A stretch of 62,612 nt of DNA from Candidatus Fusicatenibacter merdavium. GTDB taxonomy: Bacteria; Bacillota; Clostridia; Lachnospirales; Lachnospiraceae. The stretch spans positions 1 to 62,612 of the forward strand of contig DXEK01000137.1 in the NCBI GenBank assembly GCA_019115005.1. The letters run 5' to 3'. The notes beneath the pieces were generated by a model, which had not been told where the DNA came from, made no database searches, and saw nothing but the letters and a program-made list of their open reading frames with translations. Positions 9,412 to 19,259 of the stretch are shown here, piece after piece. The position numbers were made by a program, and so were the translations under genes. Within the stretch, counting starts at the first letter, position 1. Every line of letters begins with the position of its first letter.

Positions 9412-9439
9412 AAATAAAAAAGTACGAAAGAGGAATCCT

Positions 9440-10585
9440 ATGGAACTGACGATCCCACATTATTACCAGCGGTTTCAGTGTACTGCGTCGGCATGCCCGG
9501 ATACCTGCTGTGCCGGCTGGGAGATTGTGATTGACGATAAAACATTGAAAAAATACCGGAAAACCAGAGGAGCGTTCGGAAAACGCCTGCGGTCCGGCGT
9601 CGACTGGAAAAAGAAAACTTTCCGGCAGAAAAAACGGAGATGTGTATTCCTTAATAAAGAGCATCTCTGTGATCTCTGCCTGGAAGGAGGCAGCGGTTAT
9701 TTCTGCAGGACCTGCCGCCTCTATCCGAGACATATCGAAGAGTTTGAGGACTGCCGCGAGATTTCCCTGTCTCTGTCCTGTATGGCGGCTGCGGAGATCA
9801 TACTCGGAACCGATGAAAAGGTACGCTTTCTGCATCGGGAGATTCCCGTAAAACACGAAGAAGATTACAGAGAGTTTGACTATTTTCTGTTTACCAATCT
9901 CCTGGACGTGCGGGAGGTCCTGTTTGAAATCCTCCAGAACAGGTCTTTGGACGCGGGGACGAGAAGCTGTATGGCGCTGTCTCTGGCCCATGATTTTCAG
10001 GGGAGGATCCGTGGACGACGGCTCGGGGAGACACAGGATCTGCTGACCCGTTACCGGACCCGGGGCGCCGACCGGCGCTTCCGGAAAAATATGGAACAGT
10101 ACCGGGAAGGAGAAAAAATGGAGACAGCTGTCAAAATCTTCCGGATGTTGGAAAAAATGGAAATCCTTCAGGAAGACTGGCCGGAAGAGGTACGGATGGC
10201 CAGGCACATCTTGTATGGAAAGGGTGAATCGGCTTACCGCAGCATAAAAAGGGAATGGAAGCAGAATTGCCTGGAAAATCATGTGAATCCGGAAATTCTG
10301 CGGGAACAGATGATGGTCTATTACACGTATACTTACTTTGCGGGCGCCGTCTACGATACCCGTGCCTATGACAAGATGAAACTTGCCGCAGCACTTACAT
10401 TCCTGACCGATGAACTCACCGCCGCCCGATGGGAAAACAGCGGCCGGCCCATGGCTCTGGAAACTTACATCTGGACGGCTCACCGTCTGTCAAAAGAAAT
10501 TGAACATTCTGACCCTAATCTGATTTATCTGGAAAAACTTCTTGCTCCGGTCGGTTTGACGGAATTCTTCAATCTTCTGCTTTAA
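9440..10585 (+). CDS. FliB-family flagellin lysine-N-methylase-like protein
   Basis: FQCTASACPDTCCAGWEI, CVFL, CRTCRLYPR, SLSC, EIEHSD. Confidence 0.8.
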   Translation: MELTIPHYYQRFQCTASACPDTCCAGWEIVIDDKTLKKYRKTRGAFGKRLRSGVDWKKKTFRQKKRRCVFLNKEHLCDLCLEGGSGYFCRTCRLYPRHIEEFEDCREISLSLSCMAAAEIILGTDEKVRFLHREIPVKHEEDYREFDYFLFTNLLDVREVLFEILQNRSLDAGTRSCMALSLAHDFQGRIRGRRLGETQDLLTRYRTRGADRRFRKNMEQYREGEKMETAVKIFRMLEKMEILQEDWPEEVRMARHILYGKGESAYRSIKREWKQNCLENHVNPEILREQMMVYYTYTYFAGAVYDTRAYDKMKLAAALTFLTDELTAARWENSGRPMALETYIWTAHRLSKEIEHSDPNLIYLEKLLAPVGLTEFFNLLL

Positions 10586-10671
10586 ATATTGCTTTTGAAA
10601 TTGAGGAAAAAGTGGTATGATATAGTTAGTACAAACTGATGAGAAAACACCCCAAATCGAAAGGAGGTATC

Positions 10672-11475
10672 ATGATGAAGTTTGATATGCACTGCCATAC
10701 CAAAGAGGGTTCTATGGATGGCAAGGTTATGATCGAAGAATATATCTGTGCACTCAAGAAAAAAGGATTTGGCGGAATGCTGGTTTCGGATCACAATTCC
10801 TACGACGGATATCGGGAGTGGAAAAAATCAATCAAAGGCAAGGCGCATCAGGATTTTATTGTTCTGAAAGGCGTGGAATATGATACCTGCGACTGCGGAC
10901 ACATTCTTGTGATCATGCCGTTCGGGGTAAAACTGAAAATTCTGGAACTGCGGGGACTTCCGGCTTCTCTGCTGATCAAGATCGTACATGCTTACGGAGG
11001 GATCCTCGGTCCGGCGCATCCATACGGTGAGAAGTTTATGAGTATGATCACGACTACCATGCGTAAGGAGAAATACAAAGAAAAGATCACGGCTTTGATG
11101 CCGCAGTTTGACTTCGTGGAGATATACAATGCCTGCGAGAGCGAGGAGACCAATGCGAAGGCGAGAAAGCTGGCGGAAGAATACAGAAAACCGGGATTTG
11201 GTGGAAGCGACGCGCACCGGCTGGACTGTATCGGTATGGCCTACAGTGAATTTCCGGACTATGTCCGCAGCGAGGATGACCTGATCGCGTTTGTGAAGAC
11301 CTGTCCGGAGATCGCGTGCGGCGGTACACACTATGAGAGAACGACGAAAGGAAAGATCGGCAGACTGAACGAAGTGGTCGTGGATTCCTTTTATGTTTAT
11401 AATAAGATGGCGAACGGCTGGAGGGGGAGAAAACGCCGCCGGGAGCTGGAACAGATCATTGAAAATAAATTGTAA
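10672..11475 (+). CDS. PHP-domain phosphoesterase
   Basis: DMHCHT, SDHN, AHPY, GGSDAH. Confidence 0.85.
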   Translation: MMKFDMHCHTKEGSMDGKVMIEEYICALKKKGFGGMLVSDHNSYDGYREWKKSIKGKAHQDFIVLKGVEYDTCDCGHILVIMPFGVKLKILELRGLPASLLIKIVHAYGGILGPAHPYGEKFMSMITTTMRKEKYKEKITALMPQFDFVEIYNACESEETNAKARKLAEEYRKPGFGGSDAHRLDCIGMAYSEFPDYVRSEDDLIAFVKTCPEIACGGTHYERTTKGKIGRLNEVVVDSFYVYNKMANGWRGRKRRRELEQIIENKL

Positions 11476-11499
11476 CGGTCAATGGGAGGATCATAATTT

Positions 11500-12699
11500 A
11501 TGGCTGCAGTTTTTCTGGCCCCGCTTTATCTGCTCTGTAACGCGTATATTGTTTATTGGATGATCCGCTGGCTTCGGGCAGCGGTTCCCGCACTTGGAGC
11601 AGGAGCGGGGCTGGCCGTGGTTCTGGCGGTTTATTTTTTTCTGATGCTCTCTCTGCTGACCAGCTTCCTGATTCAGAGTTATCCGGCAAAACGGTACATG
11701 AAAAAGATCAGCGATCAGTGGCTGGGAAGCTTCGCTTATATTCTCGGAATAACATTTCTTCTGGATCTGATACATAGACTTTTGCGCCTGACCTGGCTGG
11801 CGGATACCCGGCTGTATTCCAGGAGCGGGATGGCGCTGGCAGGAACGGCGGCTGCCGTCGGGATGGCTGGCGTCGTCTTTTATGGAATTCACCATGCAAA
11901 ACAGATTTCTCTGACCAGATACAGGATAAACCTGTCGAAACCGTCTGGCGGCGGAGACCGAATATGGAAGATCGCTCTTCTGGCGGATCTTCACCTGGGA
12001 AGCAGTGTTGGAAAAAAGCAGGTGAAACAGATGGTGGATCTGGTCAACCGATGTGAACCGGATCTGGTGGTCATTGCCGGGGATCTTTTTGACAATGATT
12101 TCTCGTCTATCGATGATCCCGAAGGGACCGCCCGTCTTTTGGCCGGGATGAAGAGCCGCTTTGGCACGTGGGCCTGCTGGGGAAATCACGACATCAACGA
12201 GAGGATCCTTGCGGGATTTACCTTTCCGGTGCCGGGCGGGGTGGAGATGGATCCGCGGTTTGACGTCTTTCTCCAGCAGGCGAAGATCCATATGATGAAC
12301 GATGAAGTTCGCCTGATTGACAACAGTTTTTATCTTGCCGGGCGGAAAGATCCGCAAAGGATCGAGAAAACGGGTGAAACCCGATTGGAGCCGGCGGAAC
12401 TGCTGGAGGGCCTGAACCATACGCTGCCGGTCATCGTTATCGATCATCAGCCCAGACAGTTGAGGGAGCTGGCGGCTGCGGGAGCTGATCTGGATCTGTC
12501 AGGGCATACGCACAACGGACAGGTCTTCCCGGGAAATCTCTTTTTGAGACTGATGTGGAAAAATCCCTGCGGACTGAAAAAGGTCGGGCCGATGTACAGC
12601 GTCGTAACGTCCGGGGCCGGTTTCTGGGGGCCGGGACTGCGGATTGGCACAGACAATGAAGTAGTGCTTTTGGAAGTATGCGGCAGTTCAGATGATTGA
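11500..12699 (+). CDS. Membrane-anchored metallophosphoesterase
   Basis: N-terminal TMs; DLHLG, GDLFD, GNHD, SGHTHNGQ. Confidence 0.9.
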   Translation: MAAVFLAPLYLLCNAYIVYWMIRWLRAAVPALGAGAGLAVVLAVYFFLMLSLLTSFLIQSYPAKRYMKKISDQWLGSFAYILGITFLLDLIHRLLRLTWLADTRLYSRSGMALAGTAAAVGMAGVVFYGIHHAKQISLTRYRINLSKPSGGGDRIWKIALLADLHLGSSVGKKQVKQMVDLVNRCEPDLVVIAGDLFDNDFSSIDDPEGTARLLAGMKSRFGTWACWGNHDINERILAGFTFPVPGGVEMDPRFDVFLQQAKIHMMNDEVRLIDNSFYLAGRKDPQRIEKTGETRLEPAELLEGLNHTLPVIVIDHQPRQLRELAAAGADLDLSGHTHNGQVFPGNLFLRLMWKNPCGLKKVGPMYSVVTSGAGFWGPGLRIGTDNEVVLLEVCGSSDD

Positions 12700-12744
12700 A
12701 CTGCCTCTTTAAAATCGTAACAGTTCAGCCATCTGAACTGTTAC
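12680..12744. repeat. Two adjacent 11-6-11 palindromes
   Basis: GCGGCAGTTCA-GATGAT-TGAACTGCCTC and the perfect GTAACAGTTCA-GCCATC-TGAACTGTTAC (12717-12744). Confidence 0.8.
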
Positions 12745-12774
12745 CTAAAATCTACAAAATACATGCAAAAGTTC

Positions 12775-12893
12775 TTGACAAGATCACAGATTATGTGGTA
12801 TAGTCGTCAGCTGTGAGACAAATTCACAGATCCTTGTTCCCTGTCGGTGGAAAACAAGAACAGGGAGCCAAAAGACCATAAGGAGGAAACAGC
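12775..12893 (+). promoter_or_regulatory. rpsF promoter and probable S6:S18 autoregulatory leader
   Basis: TTGACA 12775, TATAGT 12799; TCCCTGT/ACAGGGA hairpin before AAGGAGG; position typical of the S6:S18 leader. Confidence 0.55.
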
Positions 12894-13181
12894 ATGAACA
12901 AGTATGAATTAGCGCTGGTCGTAAACGCTAAGCTGGAAGACGAGGAAAGAGCAGCAGTTGTTGAAAAAGCAAAAGGCTACATTACCCGTTACAATGGCGT
13001 GATCACCGAAGTGGAAGAATGGGGTAAGAAGAGATTAGCTTACGAAATTCAGCACATGCGCGAAGGCTTCTACTATTTTATTCAGTTTGAAGCAGACAGC
13101 ACCTGTCCGGCAGAAGTCGAGAGACATATGCGTATCATGGACAACGTACTGAGATATCTGGTTGTCCGCAAGGATGCCTGA
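12894..13181 (+). CDS. rpsF: 30S ribosomal protein S6
   Basis: MNKYEL..WGKKRLAYEI..EGFY..VLRYL. Confidence 0.97.
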   Translation: MNKYELALVVNAKLEDEERAAVVEKAKGYITRYNGVITEVEEWGKKRLAYEIQHMREGFYYFIQFEADSTCPAEVERHMRIMDNVLRYLVVRKDA

Positions 13182-13229
13182 GTCTGAAAAGAATGTGCAG
13201 ATTGAGTAAAATAGAAGGAGGAAAAGCAA

Positions 13230-13487
13230 ATGGCTTTTAATAAGAGCGAAAGACCCGAAGGCGCACCGAGAAGACGTCCGGGCAGAAGAAGAAAAGTATG
13301 TGTTTTCTGTGGAAAAGACAATGTCATCGACTACAAAGATGCGAACAAACTGAAAAAATATGTTTCTGAGCGTGGAAAGATCCTGCCGAGAAGAGTGACA
13401 GGAACCTGCGCGAAGCACCAGAGAGCCATCACTGTAGCAGTGAAGAGAGCACGTCATATGGCGATCATGCCGTACGTGGACGACTGA
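13230..13487 (+). CDS. rpsR: 30S ribosomal protein S18
   Basis: [33 protein letters not shown]. Confidence 0.97.
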   Translation: MAFNKSERPEGAPRRRPGRRRKVCVFCGKDNVIDYKDANKLKKYVSERGKILPRRVTGTCAKHQRAITVAVKRARHMAIMPYVDD

Positions 13488-13678
13488 TCCGACGGCGGGT
13501 ACGTGATCTGAGAGAGGAACCGGAAGAGAAAAGAGAATCTTTCGGTTCTTTTTCTGTTCTGCCGGAAAGTCTTTTGCGGAGAATATAAGCACCGCAGCAT
13601 CCGGCAAAAAGTACTTGTATCGCAAAGGGAAAAGCGGTATACTCATAAAAGCAAATTTATTCTTAACGAGGTAGGATC

Positions 13679-14329
13679 ATGAAACTGTATGACATTACCA
13701 GAGAGTTGTTTTCCACAGCAGTGTATCCGGGCGACCCCGAGCCGACGGCGGAGCCCGTGAGCGAGATACAAAAGGGAGATGCATTTAATCTCACAAGGAT
13801 TACTCTGGGAACACACAGTGGGACGCATATGGATGCGCCATGGCATTACATTCCGGAAGGAAAGACGATCGAGGCGGTGACGCTGGAACAGACGATCGGC
13901 CCCTGCCATGTCGTGTCGATGGAGGGAAAAGTGACCAGAGAAATGCTGGAAACCGCAGTTCCGGAGGGCTGTGAGCGGCTCCTGATCCACGGGGAGATCG
14001 AACTTACCTGCGAAGGAGCCGGCTATCTGGCCGGGAGGAAGCTCCAGCTGCTGGGAGTGGAGGGGATGACCGTGGGCAGCGAAGAGACCACGGATCAGAT
14101 ACACAGAACCCTGCTGGAGACAGGAATGGTCATTCTGGAAAATCTGGATATGTCCAGGCCCGCGCCGGGACAATATGTTCTCGTCGCAGCTCCTCTGCGT
14201 ATGAAAGGGATGGATGGCAGTCCTGTCCGGGCTGTTCTGATGGAAGGGGAAAATCTCCAGGTAACTCCCAAATGTGAATCCGCTTCTGAATGCGGGAGCG
14301 GCCGAAAGCTTGTCTTATTTGATCTGTAA
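13679..14329 (+). CDS. Cyclase / kynurenine formamidase family protein
   Basis: YPGDP, HSGTHMDAPWH, ILENL, DGSPVRA. Confidence 0.85.
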   Translation: MKLYDITRELFSTAVYPGDPEPTAEPVSEIQKGDAFNLTRITLGTHSGTHMDAPWHYIPEGKTIEAVTLEQTIGPCHVVSMEGKVTREMLETAVPEGCERLLIHGEIELTCEGAGYLAGRKLQLLGVEGMTVGSEETTDQIHRTLLETGMVILENLDMSRPAPGQYVLVAAPLRMKGMDGSPVRAVLMEGENLQVTPKCESASECGSGRKLVLFDL

Positions 14330-14444
14330 TAATTAAAATCTGTTGCCGGCGCCGTGCAGTGGTTATCTGTACGGCGCCGTTTTTGTCCATATCTCCAGGA
14401 ATAATCAAAAAATGAAAAGAATATAAAAATTTTTGAAAAAGTAG

Positions 14445-14496
14445 TTGACAAAGAAGTTAGCAGCTGCTAACATATATTCAGTTAGAAAATGCTAAC
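14445..14496 (+). promoter_or_regulatory. feo promoter with two GTTAG-N6-CTAAC operators (DtxR/MntR-type, putative)
   Basis: TTGACA 14445; palindromes at 14456-14471 and 14481-14496. Confidence 0.7.
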
Positions 14497-14553
14497 TAAC
14501 GATTTTGGGAACAGACACAGAGAGAAAAGGGTGCCGGAAAGGAGTGAGAGATA

Positions 14554-14763
14554 ATGCCTTTGACAATGGCAAAAGCCGGAGAAACGAATTACATAAAAAA
14601 AGTTGGAGGTAACGAAGAGACCAAGCGCCATCTGGAAACCCTTGGTTTTGTGGTCGGAGGACAGGTGACGGTGATCTCCAGTCTGAATGGAAATCTGATC
14701 GTCAACGTCAAAGATTCCCGTGTGGCTATCAGTAAGGAAATGGCTAACAAGATTATGGTTTAA
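14554..14763 (+). CDS. feoA: Ferrous iron transport protein A
   Basis: RHLETLGFVVG..VKDSRVAI. Confidence 0.9.
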   Translation: MPLTMAKAGETNYIKKVGGNEETKRHLETLGFVVGGQVTVISSLNGNLIVNVKDSRVAISKEMANKIMV

Positions 14764-14777
14764 GGAGGGGACAGAAA

Positions 14778-14999
14778 TTGAAGACCTTACGAGACATTCC
14801 TGTCGGCAGCACGGCACGCGTGAAGAAGCTTCACGGCGAGGGCGCGCTGAAACGCCGGATTATGGATATGGGCATCACAAAAGGCAGTGAGATTTATGTC
14901 CGCAAAGTTGCTCCGCTCGGCGATCCGGTGGAAGTGACGATCCGCGGATATGAACTTTCGCTCAGGAAAAATGATGCAGATTGTATTGAAATGGAATAA
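14778..14999 (+). CDS. feoA: Ferrous iron transport protein A (second copy)
   Basis: RRIMDMGITKG..APLGDP..RGYELSLR. Confidence 0.93.
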   Translation: MKTLRDIPVGSTARVKKLHGEGALKRRIMDMGITKGSEIYVRKVAPLGDPVEVTIRGYELSLRKNDADCIEME

Positions 15000-15019
15000 G
15001 AAAAAAGAGGTAAATGGTT

Positions 15020-17203
15020 ATGGCAACTAAAATTGCGTTGGCAGGAAACCCGAACTGCGGAAAAACTACCATGTTTAATGCTCTGACAGGCGCAAATCAG
15101 TATGTCGGAAACTGGCCGGGCGTTACCGTGGAAAAGAAAGAAGGAAGATGGAAAGGGCAGAAGGATGTCGTTATCACAGACCTTCCGGGTATTTATTCCC
15201 TCTCCCCATATACATTGGAAGAAGTCGTCAGCCGTGATTATCTGATGAAGGATCATCCGGATGCGGTCCTGAATCTGGTGGATGCGACGAACATCGAGAG
15301 AAATCTGTATCTTACCACGCAGGTGCTGGAACTCGGCGTCCCGGTAGTGGTCGCCCTGAATATGGCGGATCTCCTGGATAAGAGCGGGATTAAGATCGAT
15401 GTGAAGGGGCTGGAGAAAGCTCTGGGATGCACGATCGTAAAGACCTCCGCGCTGAAAGGTACGGGTGTACAGGAAGCGGTAAAAACAGCGGTTGCAGAAG
15501 CCGCGAAAAAGAAAGCGACGCAGCCGAAAACATGCTTTTCTCCGAAAGTAGAGACGGCGATCAGCGCTGTGGAAGATCTGCTTCCCGCCGGCATTCCCCA
15601 GGAGCAGAGACGGTGGTATGCGATCAAGGTGCTGGAACGCGACAGCAAGGTTCTGGAGGAACTGAAACTTCCGGTTTCCACAAAGAACAAAGCGGATGCG
15701 GTGATCGCGGATCTGGAAAAACAGATGGACGACGATACGGAATCCATCATCACCAATGAGCGATATGAGTATATCACCACTCTGATCGCTAAATATGTAA
15801 AGAAACCGAAGGAGAAGATGAGTACCTCCGATAAGATCGACCGGATCGTTACGAACCGTGTTCTCGGTATTCCGATCTTCCTTGTGGTTATGTACGTTGT
15901 CTATGCGATTGCCGTGACAACTCTCGGCACCTACGTGACAGACTGGACCAATGATGTGTTCGTTGTGGCGATCCAGGATGCCGTGACCGGCGGCCTGGAA
16001 GCGATCGGTGCGGCGGCGTTCCTGACAGACCTGATCGTAAACGGTATCATCGGCGGTCTCGGCGCGGTCCTGGGATTTGTTCCCCAAATGGCGATCCTGT
16101 TCCTGCTGCTTTCCATCCTGGAAGACTGCGGTTACATGGTTCGTATCGCGTTTGTCATGGACCGTGTGTTCCGCAAATTCGGTCTTTCCGGAAAGAGCTT
16201 TATTCCGCTGCTGATCTCCTCCGGATGCGGAATCCCGGGGATTATGGCATCCAAGACCATTGAGAATGACAATGACAGACGTCTTACGATTATGACGGCT
16301 ACCTTTATTCCCTGCGGAGCGAAGCTTCCGGTCATCGCGCTGATGGGCGGTGTGATCGGAGCGAAGATCACCGGTTTTCCGGCAGGGGCTCTTACCTTTA
16401 TTATGTATGTGATCGGAATTGCCGCAGTTCTTGTCTCTGCGATCATCCTGAAAAAGACGAAACCGTTCCACGGCGAGGCTGCTCCGTTCGTCATGGAGCT
16501 TCCGGCTTACCATATCCCGCAGGTAAAGACCGTTCTGCTCCACGTATGGGAGAGACTGAAAGGTTTTATCATCAAGGCAGGTACGATCCTGCTTCTTGCC
16601 TGCATCGTTATGTGGTTCCTGGCAGGTTACGGATTTACTGACGGCGGATTTGGCGCAGTAGAAAATGCGAGCGACAGCCTTCTGGCTGCAATCGGCGGTG
16701 CGATCGCAGTGATCTTTGCACCTCTCGGATTCGGCATGGGTGAGCATGCATGGGCATCTGTTGCTGCTTCAATTTCCGGATTCTCCGCAAAAGAGGCGAT
16801 CGTAAGTACGATGGGTACGCTGGCGAACGTAGCCGGTGATGTAGAGGATGCAGGTACCGTGGCAGACGCAGTGGGAGCATGGTTCCCGTCAGCGATCGCT
16901 GCATTCAGCTTCCTGCTGTTCAACCTTTTGGACTCTCCGTGTCTGGCGGCGATCTCTACGATGGCAAAAGAGATGAACGACAGGAAATGGTTCTGGTTCG
17001 CGATCCTCTTCCAGAATCTCTTTGCTTACATTGTAACCTTTACGGTATATCAGATCGGCGTCGTTGCAACCGGTGCAGTAAGTTTCGGCGCAGGTACTGT
17101 GATTGCGATCGTCTTTGTGATTGCGTTCTTGTTCCTGTTGTTCCGGCCGGATCCGTATAAAGGTCAGCAGTTTAAGGCAAAACGTTCTGTAGCGAAGGCG
17201 TAA
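15020..17203 (+). CDS. feoB: Ferrous iron transporter B
   Basis: GNPNCGKT, GNWPGVT, DLPGIYSL, multi-TM C-terminus. Confidence 0.96.
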   Translation: MATKIALAGNPNCGKTTMFNALTGANQYVGNWPGVTVEKKEGRWKGQKDVVITDLPGIYSLSPYTLEEVVSRDYLMKDHPDAVLNLVDATNIERNLYLTTQVLELGVPVVVALNMADLLDKSGIKIDVKGLEKALGCTIVKTSALKGTGVQEAVKTAVAEAAKKKATQPKTCFSPKVETAISAVEDLLPAGIPQEQRRWYAIKVLERDSKVLEELKLPVSTKNKADAVIADLEKQMDDDTESIITNERYEYITTLIAKYVKKPKEKMSTSDKIDRIVTNRVLGIPIFLVVMYVVYAIAVTTLGTYVTDWTNDVFVVAIQDAVTGGLEAIGAAAFLTDLIVNGIIGGLGAVLGFVPQMAILFLLLSILEDCGYMVRIAFVMDRVFRKFGLSGKSFIPLLISSGCGIPGIMASKTIENDNDRRLTIMTATFIPCGAKLPVIALMGGVIGAKITGFPAGALTFIMYVIGIAAVLVSAIILKKTKPFHGEAAPFVMELPAYHIPQVKTVLLHVWERLKGFIIKAGTILLLACIVMWFLAGYGFTDGGFGAVENASDSLLAAIGGAIAVIFAPLGFGMGEHAWASVAASISGFSAKEAIVSTMGTLANVAGDVEDAGTVADAVGAWFPSAIAAFSFLLFNLLDSPCLAAISTMAKEMNDRKWFWFAILFQNLFAYIVTFTVYQIGVVATGAVSFGAGTVIAIVFVIAFLFLLFRPDPYKGQQFKAKRSVAKA

Positions 17204-17207
17204 GCTT

Positions 17208-17339
17208 ATGGGCGGAACGGAATCTGTGACATCTATGGGCTTCATGATTCTGTTTCTGATCGTCCTGTATCTTGCAGGAGTGGGCATTTCCTCTCTGGTG
17301 CGGCTTTTAAAGAAAAAGTGGCAGGAACGGAAGAAATGA
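17208..17339 (+). CDS. Putative 43-aa single-TM protein after feoB
   Basis: MGGTESVTSMGFMILFLIVLYLAGVGISSLVRLLKKKWQERKK; starts 4 nt after the feoB stop; not in the ORF track. Confidence 0.55.
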   Translation: MGGTESVTSMGFMILFLIVLYLAGVGISSLVRLLKKKWQERKK

Positions 17340-17438
17340 TGTATGATATAATTATGATTTTTGGTTTTCCGGCGTCTGTGCGGCAACAGCATGGACGCCG
17401 GAGGATCAGAGCCCGGACTTTGAAAGTGAGGTGTGGTT

Positions 17439-17624
17439 ATGACTGTGGGAACAGTGATTGTTTTATTGATACTGATCGGTGTGGTGGCGCTTGCTATACG
17501 CTCGATCGTTCGACAGAAAAAATCCGCGAAGGCCTGCGGCGGCTGCTGTGGCAGCTGTGTGGGATGTACTGGCTGTCATCCGATAACCAGCGGCCAAGCG
17601 AAGCAATCAAAGTCGGAAAAATAG
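17439..17624 (+). CDS. FeoB-associated Cys-rich membrane protein
   Basis: TM plus CGGCCGSCVGCTGCH. Confidence 0.85.
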   Translation: MTVGTVIVLLILIGVVALAIRSIVRQKKSAKACGGCCGSCVGCTGCHPITSGQAKQSKSEK

Positions 17625-17660
17625 GATACCTGATCAGGTATCCTGATTTTTCACCCGTTG

Positions 17661-17676
17661 GTTAGCGAAAACTAAC
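17661..17676 (+). promoter_or_regulatory. GTTAG-N6-CTAAC operator
   Basis: GTTAGCGAAAACTAAC upstream of the DUF3793-like gene. Confidence 0.6.
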
Positions 17677-17694
17677 TATCGCAAGGAGGAACGT

Positions 17695-18228
17695 ATGTCG
17701 GAAGAAAGAAGGAAAAAAGTGTCCCTGCAGATGGCCTTCCAGTGTGCGCCGACTTTTCAGCGGCTGAAACCTGCCAGTCTGGTGATGATCTGTCCGGAAG
17801 ATATCGAGGTTCTGGAGCGGCAGATCACGAAGTCAGGTGTCTCGGGACGGCGGCTCTGCCGGGGAAACCAGAGAGATATGTGGCTGCTGTACCGGGAGGA
17901 GGAACTGGAAAAAATCCTGAAAAAAGAGGAGAACCGTCTGTTTTTCCGGACAATGGGTTACGATTCATTTTCGCTTCCGGCAGTTCTCAATAAAGTCCGG
18001 ATGCGGCTGACGGCCCATCGGGACGGAAAAGGTGAGTATCCCCATGAGTTGGGAATTCTTCTGGGATATCCGCTGGAGGATGTGCAGGGGTTCATACGCA
18101 ATAAGGGGAAAAATTACCTTTATTCCGGATACTGGAAAGTATACGGGGATGTGGAAAAAGCGAGACAGCTTTTCCGGAGCTATGACAGAGCAAGAGAACA
18201 GATGCTTGCGGACTGTCTGGCAGGCTGA
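17695..18228 (+). CDS. DUF3793-like protein
   Basis: CAPT..LKPASL, YPHELGILLGYPLEDV, GYWKVY; feo/flavodoxin context. Confidence 0.8.
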   Translation: MSEERRKKVSLQMAFQCAPTFQRLKPASLVMICPEDIEVLERQITKSGVSGRRLCRGNQRDMWLLYREEELEKILKKEENRLFFRTMGYDSFSLPAVLNKVRMRLTAHRDGKGEYPHELGILLGYPLEDVQGFIRNKGKNYLYSGYWKVYGDVEKARQLFRSYDRAREQMLADCLAG

Positions 18229-18264
18229 ACGATTACAAAATAAAATGCAAGGAGGATTTCAGCA

Positions 18265-18696
18265 ATGAGCAAGATCAAAGTAGTATATTGGAGCAGCACG
18301 GGAAATACAGAGGCTATGGCGCAGGCAATCGCCAAAGGAATTGAGTCCGCAGGGAGTGAAGCGGAACTGCTGGAGGCAGACAATGTTTCGGCGGAGGATC
18401 TGAAAGATGATGCGGTATTTGCGCTGGGATGCCCGGCGATGGGCGCCGAGGAACTGGAGGATTCCGTTGTGGAGCCGCTGGTGGCGGACCTGGAAGGCTC
18501 TGTGTCCGGCAAGAAGATCGCTCTGTTTGGCTCCTATGACTGGGGCGACGGCGAGTGGATGCGCACCTGGACGGAGCGGATGGAAAAGGCAGGCGCCGAG
18601 ATTGTGGGAGGCGAAGGACTGATCTGCAACAATACACCGGATGAGGAAGGGATCGCCGCGTGTGAGAAACTCGGCGTGAAATTGGCAGAAGCATAA
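18265..18696 (+). CDS. Flavodoxin
   Basis: YWSSTGNTEAMA, LGCPAMG, FGSYDWG. Confidence 0.95.
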   Translation: MSKIKVVYWSSTGNTEAMAQAIAKGIESAGSEAELLEADNVSAEDLKDDAVFALGCPAMGAEELEDSVVEPLVADLEGSVSGKKIALFGSYDWGDGEWMRTWTERMEKAGAEIVGGEGLICNNTPDEEGIAACEKLGVKLAEA

Positions 18697-18714
18697 AGAG
18701 AAAGGAGATCGTGT

Positions 18715-19005
18715 ATGAGTGTTGTGATTGTTGGCGGCCATGACAGAATGGTGACAAAGTATAAGCAAATCTGTAAAAAATATAACTGCAAGGCTAAAGT
18801 ATTTACCCAGATGTCTGCGGATCTGAACAAACAGATCGGTTCTCCTGATTTACTGGTGCTGTTTACCAATACAGTATCCCATAAAATGATCAAGACGGCA
18901 GTCGACGAGGCGAAGAAATGCGATACCGAGATTGTCAGATGTCATACCAGCAGCGCGAACGCTCTGAACGAAATCCTGGAGAGACAGTGTGCAGCAGTGT
19001 GTTGA
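18715..19005 (+). CDS. DUF2325-like protein
   Basis: MSVVIVGGHDRM..DLLVLFTNTVSH. Confidence 0.8.
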   Translation: MSVVIVGGHDRMVTKYKQICKKYNCKAKVFTQMSADLNKQIGSPDLLVLFTNTVSHKMIKTAVDEAKKCDTEIVRCHTSSANALNEILERQCAAVC

Positions 19006-19064
19006 TTGAGAGGAGTTCCGCGGGCAGCGGGTCAAGCGGACACGTTTACTGTGAACTTTAGTCT

Positions 19065-19092
19065 GTAACAATTCAACCAGCGGAACTGTAAC
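19065..19092. repeat. 11-6-11 palindrome
   Basis: GTAACAATTCA-ACCAGC-GGAACTGTAAC. Confidence 0.7.
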
Positions 19093-19116
19093 TTTAGGCT
19101 TTATGGATCAAGGGAG

Positions 19117-19183
19117 AAAAACAGCCTGGAGCGGCCGGTGTACCTGTATATCATGTACGCCAGGCCGCTTTCGGGCTGTTTTT
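19117..19183. terminator. Long bidirectional terminator-like hairpin
   Basis: AAAAACAGCC..GCGGCC/GGCCGC..GGCTGTTTTT between convergent genes. Confidence 0.65.
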
Positions 19184-19259
19184 ATGTGTTTTTTCTCAGG
19201 AAGCGGCGTTCAAATATATCATTACAGCTTATGTAGTAAACGGAAAATGCGGAAAAGTG

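Noticed and set aside
9440-10585. FliB-like gene as evidence of a flagellar locus
   Set aside because: No flagellar genes in the window; substrate cannot be inferred
10625-10640. GTTAGTACAAACTGAT as another metal operator
   Set aside because: Right half is degenerate and the gene has no clear metal-uptake link
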